Assembly (NCBI GenBank): GCA_964035545.1
Contig: OZ037767.1
Span: 31,388,628-31,452,627 of the forward strand
Length of the DNA stretch: 64,000 nt
Source: Bugula neritina
Lineage: Eukaryota > Animalia > Bryozoa
Reading direction: 5' to 3'
A program made the position numbers and the translations under genes. The number at the start of each line of letters is the position of its first letter. The stretch's first letter is position 1. Shown in pieces: positions 11,801 through 20,700 of the stretch. The notes below the pieces were generated by a model. That model did not search any database. It saw only the letters and a program-made list of their open reading frames with translations, and was not told where the DNA came from.

Positions 11801-13199
11801 AGTGATTCGGTGCCTACAGATGCGGTGGTACTGGCCTGGGATGACAAGGGATGTGAGGCTACAGATCCGGCAATGTGAAATCTGCCAGGCGAGTAAGCAT
11901 GGCCGTTCCACCGAGACCACGGGACGGCGCAGGCTGTACGCCGGTCGCCCGTGGCAGACAGTGGCAGTCGACTTGGTGGGTCCCATGCCGACGTCCGCTC
12001 GTGGAAACAACTGGATTCTGGTACTAACGGATCATTTTACTAGGTGGGCAGATGCCTTGGCAATCCCGGACGCCTCCGCCCCGACGGTAGCCCGAGCTTT
12101 AGATCAGCACGTTTTCTGCTATTTCGGGCTACCGGAGCAGATCCACACAGATCAAGGGGCACAGTTCCAATCACAGCTGATGAGGGACCTCTGTCGGGTA
12201 TGGGGGGTCAACCAAAGTAGGACCACCCCCTACCACCCCCAAGGAAATGGCGTAGTGGAACGCAACAACAGGATGTTGGGCGACGCCCTGAGGAGTCTAC
12301 TACTAGGGAAAAGCCAAGAAGAATGGGACGCCGTGCTACCCCAGATCATGCGTGCATATCGCAGTACTCCCCACTCTAGCACCCAGGAGACACCCAACTT
12401 CCTAATGCTAGGCCGGGAAACGCGGGTCCCGGATCATCTCACGTACCACGTCCCCCTCCCAGAGGGACCTGTCCACGAATACGTGAGAGAGCTGGTTGAT
12501 AGGATGAGGACGGCCCATGAGGTCTTAAGGGAAAAACAATGGCAAGTGCGAGGGGAAGACTCGGACGAGCCCCCACTCTACCAGGCTGGCGATTGGGTAT
12601 GGATGATTAGTTACAGGAGGAAGCGCGGACAGTCGGCTAAATTACAGCCCAAGTTCGTGGGACCATACTGCATCATCGAAGTGCTACCCAATCACACGTA
12701 CCGCGTAGAACGCTCCGGACAGATTTCCGTCCAAAGCGAGAAACGCTTAAAACCGTACTGGGCCAGCCCTGGGGCAGTAGGACAAGCACCACCGCTCCTG
12801 GAGCCAGCACGACGACCCACCGGGGGAGGAAGGGCGCCCCCCACCCGAGAGTGGGAACTTCCCTATAACATACCGGAGGGAAACCCCGAAGCACAAGAAC
12901 CACCCCCCACTGTGCAAGAGCCCCCCGAGCAACCAGCACCTCAGGCGCCCCCACCAGTAAGACCACCCTCCGCCATACCAGAGAGGTTAGACCCACCTAC
13001 CCTGGAAGTAGGAGAGAGTAGAGCCACCAACCCTGGGGGACAGGCCACTTTGCCAGACACAGAAGGCCTAAGGCGTAGCCAGAGGACTCGAAGACCTCCT
13101 GGGTACTTAGGGGAATATTACTGTGGCCAGATAGGGAAAGGATACCCTAGCTCGGAGGACGAAGGGCCCCCCCTTGTATTACAACTATTCACCACCTAA
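8754..13199 (+). CDS. pol: Pol polyprotein (aspartic protease, reverse transcriptase, RNase H, integrase), expressed by -1 frameshift from gag at ~8817-8823
   Basis: LLDTGC (PR), WRFCVDYRKLN / YPLPRID / PFGL / YLDD (RT), LDTDAS / TDH / NADGLSR (RH), H-x3-H...CEIC, VDLVGP, TDQG, VVER, GPY (IN), terminal RRSQRTRRPP motif. Confidence 0.97.
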   Translation: MLEVWDNRSCATRLSPRTQRSFKHPRPAVISATRRPSLQTHPRRVYSAPREAQTEPPSSEWQAPRRTWRPKGLPEPPAWPLNNRFAGLPEEVVEEDTDSDRDFPRLPSKPQKTPVVPRTCKRPTVQTQEVSPPETDYSKHTQPYGSSYFLPGKIAGKAATFLLDTGCTTNLLSRRLFDTLGARERESLKPYNGEHGTLADGSSIPFYGLISLPGRVRDLVIHETFIVSHLKEDAILGMPFLEEHQCHMDFNKSAIVVDGKELTCVDKFGRPLVGGVQVVRDSLIPGRSQATLRCRVNCKEISELGVVEGMHRKVQLANSLNRLDCRGEFLVQCINPYAEPVKLSAGSLVGRYHSVQETDVGPTLDATSETPSRPLESGMGPVPEHVAELYKGACGGCGSNVERQRMAQLLREYHDVFSQGDEDMGLTNVVRHEIPLVTGTAPIRQPTRRLGPEKEREVSRQVQDLLDRDLIEPAHGAWSSPVVLVKKKDGSWRFCVDYRKLNSVTIQDAYPLPRIDESLDALAGSRYFSTLDLLSGYWQVPLSPDAQDKAAFITRDGLWKWKVLPFGLTSAPATFQRLMEQVLSGLHWKTLLVYLDDVIVISPDFSTHVSRLREVFDRLRAAGLKLKPSKCALLQQEVKYLGHVVSRDGVATDPEKVRAVQDWTVPQDIHELRAFLGLVGYYRQYIPEFAGVAQPLNRLTAKGVRWRWTQEEQQAFDHLKARLVEAPILAYPDPTKQYILDTDASDHSMGAVLSQVQGGTEVVVAYYSKALSTAERNYCTTRKELLAVVKAVKHFRPYLYGRTFRLRTDHASLIWLCKRAEPSSQVARWLEILAEFSYRIEHRAGRKHGNADGLSRRPERDCKQCLHIEKRDGGPARSEVETQLKKTEAYRWEQGRLQSDVHSDAVQALRVNPTLARNVRDLCRLQETLPGVVGEIFRAKKEGRRPGEEEQRQKGVEFQQFCHRWDSLKFNSDGLLTISLAADRQHQERERVVCPHPLRRELIWETHKQAHAGTSRVIRCLQMRWYWPGMTRDVRLQIRQCEICQASKHGRSTETTGRRRLYAGRPWQTVAVDLVGPMPTSARGNNWILVLTDHFTRWADALAIPDASAPTVARALDQHVFCYFGLPEQIHTDQGAQFQSQLMRDLCRVWGVNQSRTTPYHPQGNGVVERNNRMLGDALRSLLLGKSQEEWDAVLPQIMRAYRSTPHSSTQETPNFLMLGRETRVPDHLTYHVPLPEGPVHEYVRELVDRMRTAHEVLREKQWQVRGEDSDEPPLYQAGDWVWMISYRRKRGQSAKLQPKFVGPYCIIEVLPNHTYRVERSGQISVQSEKRLKPYWASPGAVGQAPPLLEPARRPTGGGRAPPTREWELPYNIPEGNPEAQEPPPTVQEPPEQPAPQAPPPVRPPSAIPERLDPPTLEVGESRATNPGGQATLPDTEGLRRSQRTRRPPGYLGEYYCGQIGKGYPSSEDEGPPLVLQLFTT
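8817..8860 (+). promoter_or_regulatory. -1 programmed ribosomal frameshift signal
   Basis: T TTA AAC heptamer in the gag frame, 6-nt spacer, perfect 9-bp stem GGCCTGCGG/CCGCAGGCC; pol is in the -1 frame. Confidence 0.88.
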
Positions 13200-13398
13200 C
13201 CACACCACCAGGGAGGCTCGATATCGGCAGGGGATCACTTCGATGTTCCTCACCCAGATCGGACAAAAACCCGATCCCGAAGTTGGAAAAACCCAGGCGA
13301 GGGACTCTCGCGATAAACCACGAACGCATACTTCGTTCATTCCAATCGCAGCAAGCACACACGCCACACGGAATTTAATCTCTCGCCATCTAACAAAT

Positions 13399-14682
13399 AT
13401 GGATATTACACCCACTCACCTGAATGTTGAAGAAGAGTCCAGCACACACCCTGGTAAGTCCACTAGACTAGAATTACCTCCTATACCGGAGATTTGTCTA
13501 GGTGGTGATGACAGTAGAAACTCGAACTCTGATTCCCAGAGTAAGTTCGAGATGTGGAGAACTCACACTTGGAACTCTGAAGGGTCGGACTCAGGGTCAC
13601 CCAACAGAGATTACCTACTTGACCAGGACATCCAGAGTGTCACTCTACCCCCACCTCGGCAGCTCGCAGTATCGCGACGAGTGCCATACAAGGATATCAC
13701 TAATAATAGAGTGAGTCAGCCATCGCGAGTTGGAGATATCGGTCAGACTCGACCAGCTCAACTCTCTATTTCTGTTGTAGACACCGACAAAGTCGTAGAG
13801 CCTGCCTCTACGACTCTCAGCTCATTCGGAAGATCCTCCGAAATCGCGGCACCCCAGGAGCAAGTAATGGAGGGAGATACAGAGACCCCTGCCACTGTCG
13901 TCGATATTGGACTAGATGAAGGGGAAGAACAGTCTATCCTGTCCTCATCCGGGACTACAGACCCCCCTCAAGGACTGGAGGGAGCTGGGGAGCTGGGACT
14001 ACCACGTGTTTTCAGCACCCGGTCTCACTGGACCAGCACCAAGACGCGGATCCTGATAGCTGAGGCTTGTGGGGAGCCTAGCAACACGAAGTGCCCCACA
14101 TGTGGGCGGAGCTTTACCTCGCACAGGCGACTACGGATACACGTCCAACAACATTACGTCAACTCATTCTGTCCGTGTGGGGAGTTTAGCTTCCAGCGGG
14201 ACTACGTGCTCAAGCACCAACGTATCGGCCGCTGCCACACGGGCAGAATTTTTGATGTGGATGCGGACAATTATCTAGAGTTCAGGGACCTGATTCTCCC
14301 CCACATCAGCGATCCCAAGAAGAGGGAGCTGTTGTCCCAAGGGTTCCCGGCCTGTCGACCCACTAGTCAGACTCAACTGCCAGAGGACCCCCCAAGTTGT
14401 GAGTTGCCACCCACCCAGCCTCTCCGGGTAGTGGTAACTCGAGCCGAAGCTACTGCAGAAGGAGACCGCTGGACGCCACGAGAAACGGCCCGAACTAGAA
14501 GAGAACGGCGTCGGCAGGGCGCACCGAGGCCGCGTAGTATCACTCCCTATACTACTAGGCACACACACCGTGGACCCCCGGAGAGTCTGGAGGATATATA
14601 TCGTGGCCTGGACCGGATCTCTGAGGAACTAGGACGCATACGACGCAGGCTGCAGGACCTTGAGCAGCCCGCTCGACCCTAA
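13399..14682 (+). CDS. Retrotransposon ORF3 in the env position: non-envelope protein with C2H2 plus atypical zinc finger, Arg-rich motif and C-terminal coiled coil (ORF open from 13174; ATGs at 13243 and 13399; 427 aa from 13399)
   Basis: 502 open codons inside the element; CPTCGRSFTSHRRLRIHVQQH (~14092-14154), CPCGEFSFQRDYVLKHQRIGRCH (~14170-14238), RETARTRRERRRQ, LEDIYRGLDRISEELGRIRRRLQDLE; ATG 13399 has A at -3 and G at +4; no signal peptide or TM stretch. Confidence 0.85.
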   Translation: MDITPTHLNVEEESSTHPGKSTRLELPPIPEICLGGDDSRNSNSDSQSKFEMWRTHTWNSEGSDSGSPNRDYLLDQDIQSVTLPPPRQLAVSRRVPYKDITNNRVSQPSRVGDIGQTRPAQLSISVVDTDKVVEPASTTLSSFGRSSEIAAPQEQVMEGDTETPATVVDIGLDEGEEQSILSSSGTTDPPQGLEGAGELGLPRVFSTRSHWTSTKTRILIAEACGEPSNTKCPTCGRSFTSHRRLRIHVQQHYVNSFCPCGEFSFQRDYVLKHQRIGRCHTGRIFDVDADNYLEFRDLILPHISDPKKRELLSQGFPACRPTSQTQLPEDPPSCELPPTQPLRVVVTRAEATAEGDRWTPRETARTRRERRRQGAPRPRSITPYTTRHTHRGPPESLEDIYRGLDRISEELGRIRRRLQDLEQPARP

Positions 14683-14882
14683 GGGTGACACTTCTCTTTA
14701 TGTAAATATATATTCTTGTGTGTATTAATTCATTATCCCTTAACATTTTCTATCTTATATATTTTTGTTGTGTGACTAGATTAGCCATTCCAGAACTCCC
14801 TTACATGTATTTTCTTTTATTTTCTTCCTTTTTTTTTATTATTATATTTTTTTAATTATATCAGAAAGGGGTTGTACTTTCT

Positions 14883-14896
14883 GATGGAGGGGAGTG
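14883..14896 (+). other. Polypurine tract
   Basis: GATGGAGGGGAGTG immediately before the 3' LTR. Confidence 0.85.
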
Positions 14897-15613
14897 TGTG
14901 GTAAAATTGTGTATAGTAACTAATACTTGTATCCCCCTTACTATTATTATCTTCATTCCCATGGAATGCGTGTTTTCTTAGGTATACATCATTACATAGC
15001 CATAGTATTGTAACAGCTAAGTGTTATGTTGGCAATGATGGGATTAGCTATTATTCCCAGCTACTTACTACTACTGACGTGACTGGATTAGCTATTGTTT
15101 CTGACGGCTCACAGGAACACTTATATAATCAAGATAACCGGGATTTCCCTGCGAAGTTCGCTCGATTCGAGCGATTCCTTTGTTCTAGCCCTGCGAATCC
15201 CCTGCGATTCGAGCGAATTCCCTCGAATTCGCTCGGAACATTCTGGTGGGAATGTTTCCCAATGTATAAAAGGGAGCCCTCAACACAGTAGAGTCAGTCT
15301 TCAGCCAGCAGCACAACAGGACACATCTCGGAGCTACCAAGCCAGGACAATAACACACTTAGTTAATTATCTTATACTTTGTTTACCAGTTTACTAGTAA
15401 GTTTTCCATACATGTAAGGAGTTGTCCTCCCTAACTGCTATTTTTGGATTTATATATATTATGGAGTAAATAAAGGGGATTGTGAGTATTACATTTCTTA
15501 TTTATTGTGCATAAATACCCTCCTACAAAGAGTCACTGTGTTCAATCAGCTAACAACCCACACCAATAATTGCATGCAGCGAATCATAACATTCTACGCA
15601 TAAAATTATTACA
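14897..15613 (+). repeat. 3' LTR (717 bp)
   Basis: No differences from the 5' LTR seen by eye; LTR-internal ORFs 7137/15079 and 7153/15095 translate identically. Confidence 0.97.
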
Positions 15614-16267
15614 GTATTAAAGTGACGGATGGAAAAAAATGGACAACACAAGGTAAGATTCTCACAGTTGAATGAATGCAAGAATTAGGTGCAAAGCTGT
15701 TTCGCATATCGCAAAGTGTAGTAACTAGTAATAGACTGTGCCATCTTTCAGGTCTAACAAAAGGGGACATCATAGCAAATGCCACGATATTTCTGGCAGC
15801 TGGTTATGAGAGTGTGTCCGGAGCATTGAACTACTTTTTCTACATCATGTCATTTAAACCAGACATTCAGAACAAGGTAAACCAGAATACCTTTTACCTT
15901 TTCCATTATTTCATCTAAAACAGGCTTTTTTATAAACACATTTTCATTTTTGAGTCTCTTGTATTTAAAAAAACAAACTTTAAAACCCCTACGAGTCATT
16001 TAATCTAAATTTGTACTCTTTAGCTTTACAGTTTAATTACTGAAGTGGTAGATGAGAATGGTGACTGTACATATGAAGACTTGAAGAAGTTAGAGTACCT
16101 TGACTGGTGTATAGATGAGACTATGAGAATGTTTCCAGCAGTTTCTCGGTAGTATTTTCTGGTTCAGTTTTTATCAACTAACTTACAAAAATAGTTCTTT
16201 ATTTGACTTTTCTTCCTTAAAAGGTGTCAAGTTTTGTGAATGCTATTGAGAGCACATCACAATGAAT

Positions 16268-16378
16268 TATAACTAATGACTAATAACTAATGACTAATAA
16301 CTAATGACTAATAACTGATGACTAATAACTAATGACTAATGACTAATAACTAATAACTAATGACATAATAACTAAAGC
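16268..16378. repeat. Short tandem repeat (taatgac/taataac 7-mer units) in a CYP intron
   Basis: Directly visible. Confidence 0.85.
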
Positions 16379-17035
16379 TAATCACTATAATTTATGAGTA
16401 ATTCGAAATAACTACAGCTCTTTTGTAATACCTTATGGATAATTTTTATTAATATAATTGATCAACAACAACTAATTACTGTTTACTCTTTTCTGTGAAG
16501 GCTAGACAGGGTTGCCAGCTCCGACGTTGTGGTTAAAGGAGTGACAATTCCAAAAGGAATAGTTGTTGAGATTCTGGTGCACAGTATGCACCACGATCCT
16601 GATTACTGGGTGGAACCAGAGACTTTCAATCCTGACAGGTAGCAGCTAAATACTCTTTGCTTTGTGTCGAGTAATAGAACGTAATGCTATGGTGACTCCT
16701 AGTTAAAACATTTACTCTTATTTAAAACAAAAAAGTGGTAGGTAAGCAACACGTATATTATTTATCTTTTATTAGATTCGCACCAGAAAACAAAACGGAC
16801 ATACAGCAGTATGCATTTGCTCCCTTTGGTTTGGGAGGAAGAAAGTGTATTGCAACTACACTAGCACTTCTAGAAGTCAAAGTAGCAATTATAAAAGCAA
16901 TGGTTGCGTTTAGATTTGAGAAGTGTGATGATACACCAGATCTGGTAAGTTCTGTTCCTCAATACTCAGTAACCAGAACTAAGAACGCCTGGTTGATGAA
17001 TTGTCTTATTACAACTGCTGTATAACTTTAGTGAT

Positions 17036-17138
<103 letters not shown>

Positions 17139-17794
17139 TGGTGGTGTTTCTTTTAGGAGGATGTAAGGCATGATACTTCTAAAGACTACTGTACCACTGA
17201 ATATATCAGCGGTGCCTCGTAAATAGAGTAGGATACTAAAGCAGGACACAGTTTAAACTTCAAGTAGTGGTTATATGCGCTGATCTACTAGGGCATGATG
17301 AAATGTGGCTTTTTTACAAATGTGTAAAACAAATTATTCAATTTTTTGTATGATGCAATTTATGCGTTATGTGTTTTGCAAGCATATGGATTAATTAAAA
17401 ATCTGTGTAGTTTCTGGAAACTTATCTTGAAGTAAAACACTATTCAAGTTAAAATTACTTTAATAATAGTCTCCGCTATTGCTATCTGCAATTTATATCA
17501 TTTGCAAAACTAATAACTTTTTGAAAAAATTTTGCAGCTCAACTTTTACATTATATACAGGTAAAATAATCATATAAATCTGTTGAAGCCGTGGAGTGTT
17601 ATATTTAAGGTGTACTAGCTGTTAGATTGTAACATATTTATCAATTTTCAAGAGTAATTAATGCTTCTAATACCAAATAAAGAATACAATCTGTATAATC
17701 AACATTGTAGTGGCTCCTGTGTCACTCACAATAAATAATGCTATAATCTAGATGAGCACTTTATAGTTGACAGCAGTAGTTAATTCTTGCTGGC

Positions 17795-20700
17795 CTAGCC
17801 AATTGCTGCCGGTTGGTTCCCACCACGTCTGACGCACGCTGTTCCTCCACACTTCCCAGGACAGCATATCTCACCAACTCTGGGACAGGGTTGTCCTCTC
17901 TTGCATGTGAATCCTACTCTCACTTGCTTGCATATGGCTGGTTTTCTCCTCGGGACAGCAGGGCACCTGTTGGCCAATCAACATGTCACTTGCTTGCATA
18001 TAGCAAATCAGCATATCACAATGTGTAGCACAATGAGATATGCAGAATTTCTCAGACAGTTTGTGGAATATTCATGCAGATTATATTAGTAGTCTGGCAG
18101 AAAAACACCAATTTTTGACTTAGGTTCGCAATCCCGGATAAAGTTTTTTTCTCTTCTGATTATTCAAATATAAGGTCTAGGTAAATGTTTCCAGGTGGGT
18201 GTGGACTTTTTACCCTTGAGCATTTTGAGAAATTCAAGATGGCCGCCAGGCACCAGACGATTCTATATAATTCAAATGTATCTACCCACCAAAGCTAAAT
18301 TTAAGGTTCCAATGCTTTGAAATCTTTAGAAATTAATATAATAAAGATGCATGTGCCTTTATCATGTGTATTATTGAGTAATAGGCAAATGATACCCAAG
18401 GGTAGCTAAGCTAAGCCTTAATCATTCATTTTTTAAGCTTAACTTAGCCTTGCCATGTTCATCATTTTCTTGCATCTCTGCATCAGTTTGTTCTAAATTC
18501 ATGAAAACTTACTAAATGGGGTGATTTTATATGCTGATTACAAATATGTCCAACAAATAAAGCTGAAAGGGGTTCTGCAAAATTGAAATGCAACGTCATT
18601 GTCATATGAGCTAAATAGCAATTTATTTCAAACTAGCATGCGTATTAAAAAGGTTTGTTGAGCTGCCAATTTAATAGTTATTTTTAGTTTTAAAATTTTA
18701 GCTATACTTTTAAAAATTAGAAAAAAGGGTCAACAACTTTGATAATACAACACCATGGCTTCTTAACATAATTTAATTGCTTTATTATTGACACATCATT
18801 TATCTAAATATTGACATTTTTGCTTTCAAAAACTACTTCTACAATCAGCACAGTTGACTTTTTCTCTAAAAACATTTGTAAACAGTTTTTTTATGAATGA
18901 GAATCTATTTCATGCTGGGGGAAGTAATACATCCATGAGAACAGTGCGGCTCTCTGCCTTTTTCATACTAATCCCTTTTCATAAACACTTACTATTAATT
19001 TCTCCCCTTTAATAACCTATGTTGGGTGCACTGGAACACTAATGGTTGAAACGGATTTGGCAAAAGTAGTTAATTCTACTTTTGGTGGTTTTTCCAAAAT
19101 GCTAAATAGAAAAAGTTTCCCCAGAATGTACGGGGGCCTGAGAATATTGGTGGGAGAGCTGTTGAAGCCAGTCTTTGATGAAAGTGTAATCACTAGCATG
19201 GAGGACCTTGAAAAGATGTTGACTAAGATTTCAGAAATCTCAAGAACAGCAAAACTGCGGGTCATGTGCTTTAGCAGACCGATTTTTACCATCAACGCCT
19301 ACATCATAACTGATAGAGAAGGAGACTGGGCCTTACACCTAGCAATGGAAGAGGAAATGTACTTATATCTGTGTAGCATGGAGGTCGTGCCACAAAATGT
19401 AAGGATTGAATTCACGGCTGGTAACCACACAATGCATCATAAACACGCATCTGGTCAAACATGACCATTGAGGTGACCTTCGTGAGATTTGGTCACAGCA
19501 AGGGGGAATCATTGGCATCACCAATAAAACTGAAATTGGCAAGGTGTGGGTGTACAGCACTTCTGCATGCAACAAGATACAGTAAGGCCTCAGTGACATC
19601 AGAGATGAGTCTGAAATAAATGCTTTCACTGCTCATAAAGATGAAATGCAATCAAGAATCCAATCTGATTCAAAGGACAGGGAGTCTGTCAAAAGGAAGA
19701 TTGAACTCTGCAATGTCTCACTCAAAGAAGGATGCCACCCAGTTGCTCTTGTCAATATTGAAACAGAGAAAGTTATCAGTTATTCAGCAATTATTATTGA
19801 CAATATTTTTGTTATAGGTAAAGCATCTATACAAAAATCTAAAGTGAAGTAGTCGAAGGGGTTGAATAAATCCTTGTCATCTAAAGTGAAAACAATGGTA
19901 TCATCTTAAAGGCATATTAAGGTTTCTAATACTCCTGTGTATGATACTGAAGTCATATATGCCCAAGCCATTGCACTCAAGCAGACCAAGAATTTGGACG
20001 CAGACTCTTCAATGGCATATAAACTTGCAGCATTGCTACCTTCTACATTCCAAGAAGCAGGAAAAATAAGAGAAGCTAAGACCAAGTCGATTCTCAAAAA
20101 AATCTGTGAAAATTGAGTTTTCAGAACAGTCCGCGACAAGAAGTTAAGAAAATGTCCACCAAGCTGAAGGTACTGTTATACAAGATGGCAATAAAAACTA
20201 CACTGATGTATGGATATCAGACATGGCCACAAGAGAACAAGATAATGCAACTGAGATGAGGATGCTTTGACACGTTTACAATATAAAGTGGGAAGACCAT
20301 ATAACAAATGCTAATATAAGGAGGGGGCCAAAATAAAAGCCATCGCAATAGGCATGAGGAGGAGACCTCTTCAATGGTATGGACATGTGCACAGAAGAGA
20401 TAGGGAGGAAGATATTATAATGGTAGCTGAGATGAAGATACAGAGAAAGAGAGGGAGGGAGGCCAAAGAAAAGTTTAATGGATACAGGGAAGGATGACAT
20501 ACTGAAATGCGGTCTCTCAGATGAAGATGTTGACAACAGAATCAGATGACACTCTCTGATAGCACTTGGTGTCCTGCAAAACCGCCACCCATCCTAGACC
20601 ACAGCGTACTAGGTGAGAAAATCTGAGACAAATCCCTATAATGAACAAGTTGCTGCCGTTCCATGGCCTTTCATCAAAGTGTGATACAGTGGCAACAATG

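Larger units (their letters stand above)
6955..15613 (+). mobile_element. Full-length Ty3/Gypsy LTR retrotransposon (8659 bp): LTR-PBS-gag-pol-ORF3-PPT-LTR
   Basis: TG...CA LTRs, 4-bp TSD GTAT (6951-6954 and 15614-15617), PR-RT-RH-IN domain order, all ORFs uninterrupted. Confidence 0.98.

Noticed and set aside
13174-14682. ORF3 as an envelope (env) gene
   Set aside because: No signal peptide, fusion peptide or transmembrane helix; zinc-finger and basic motifs point to a nucleic-acid-binding protein
7707-14746. Numerous short antisense and alternate-frame ORFs over gag, pol and ORF3
   Set aside because: Expected shadows of GC-rich coding sequence; no motifs
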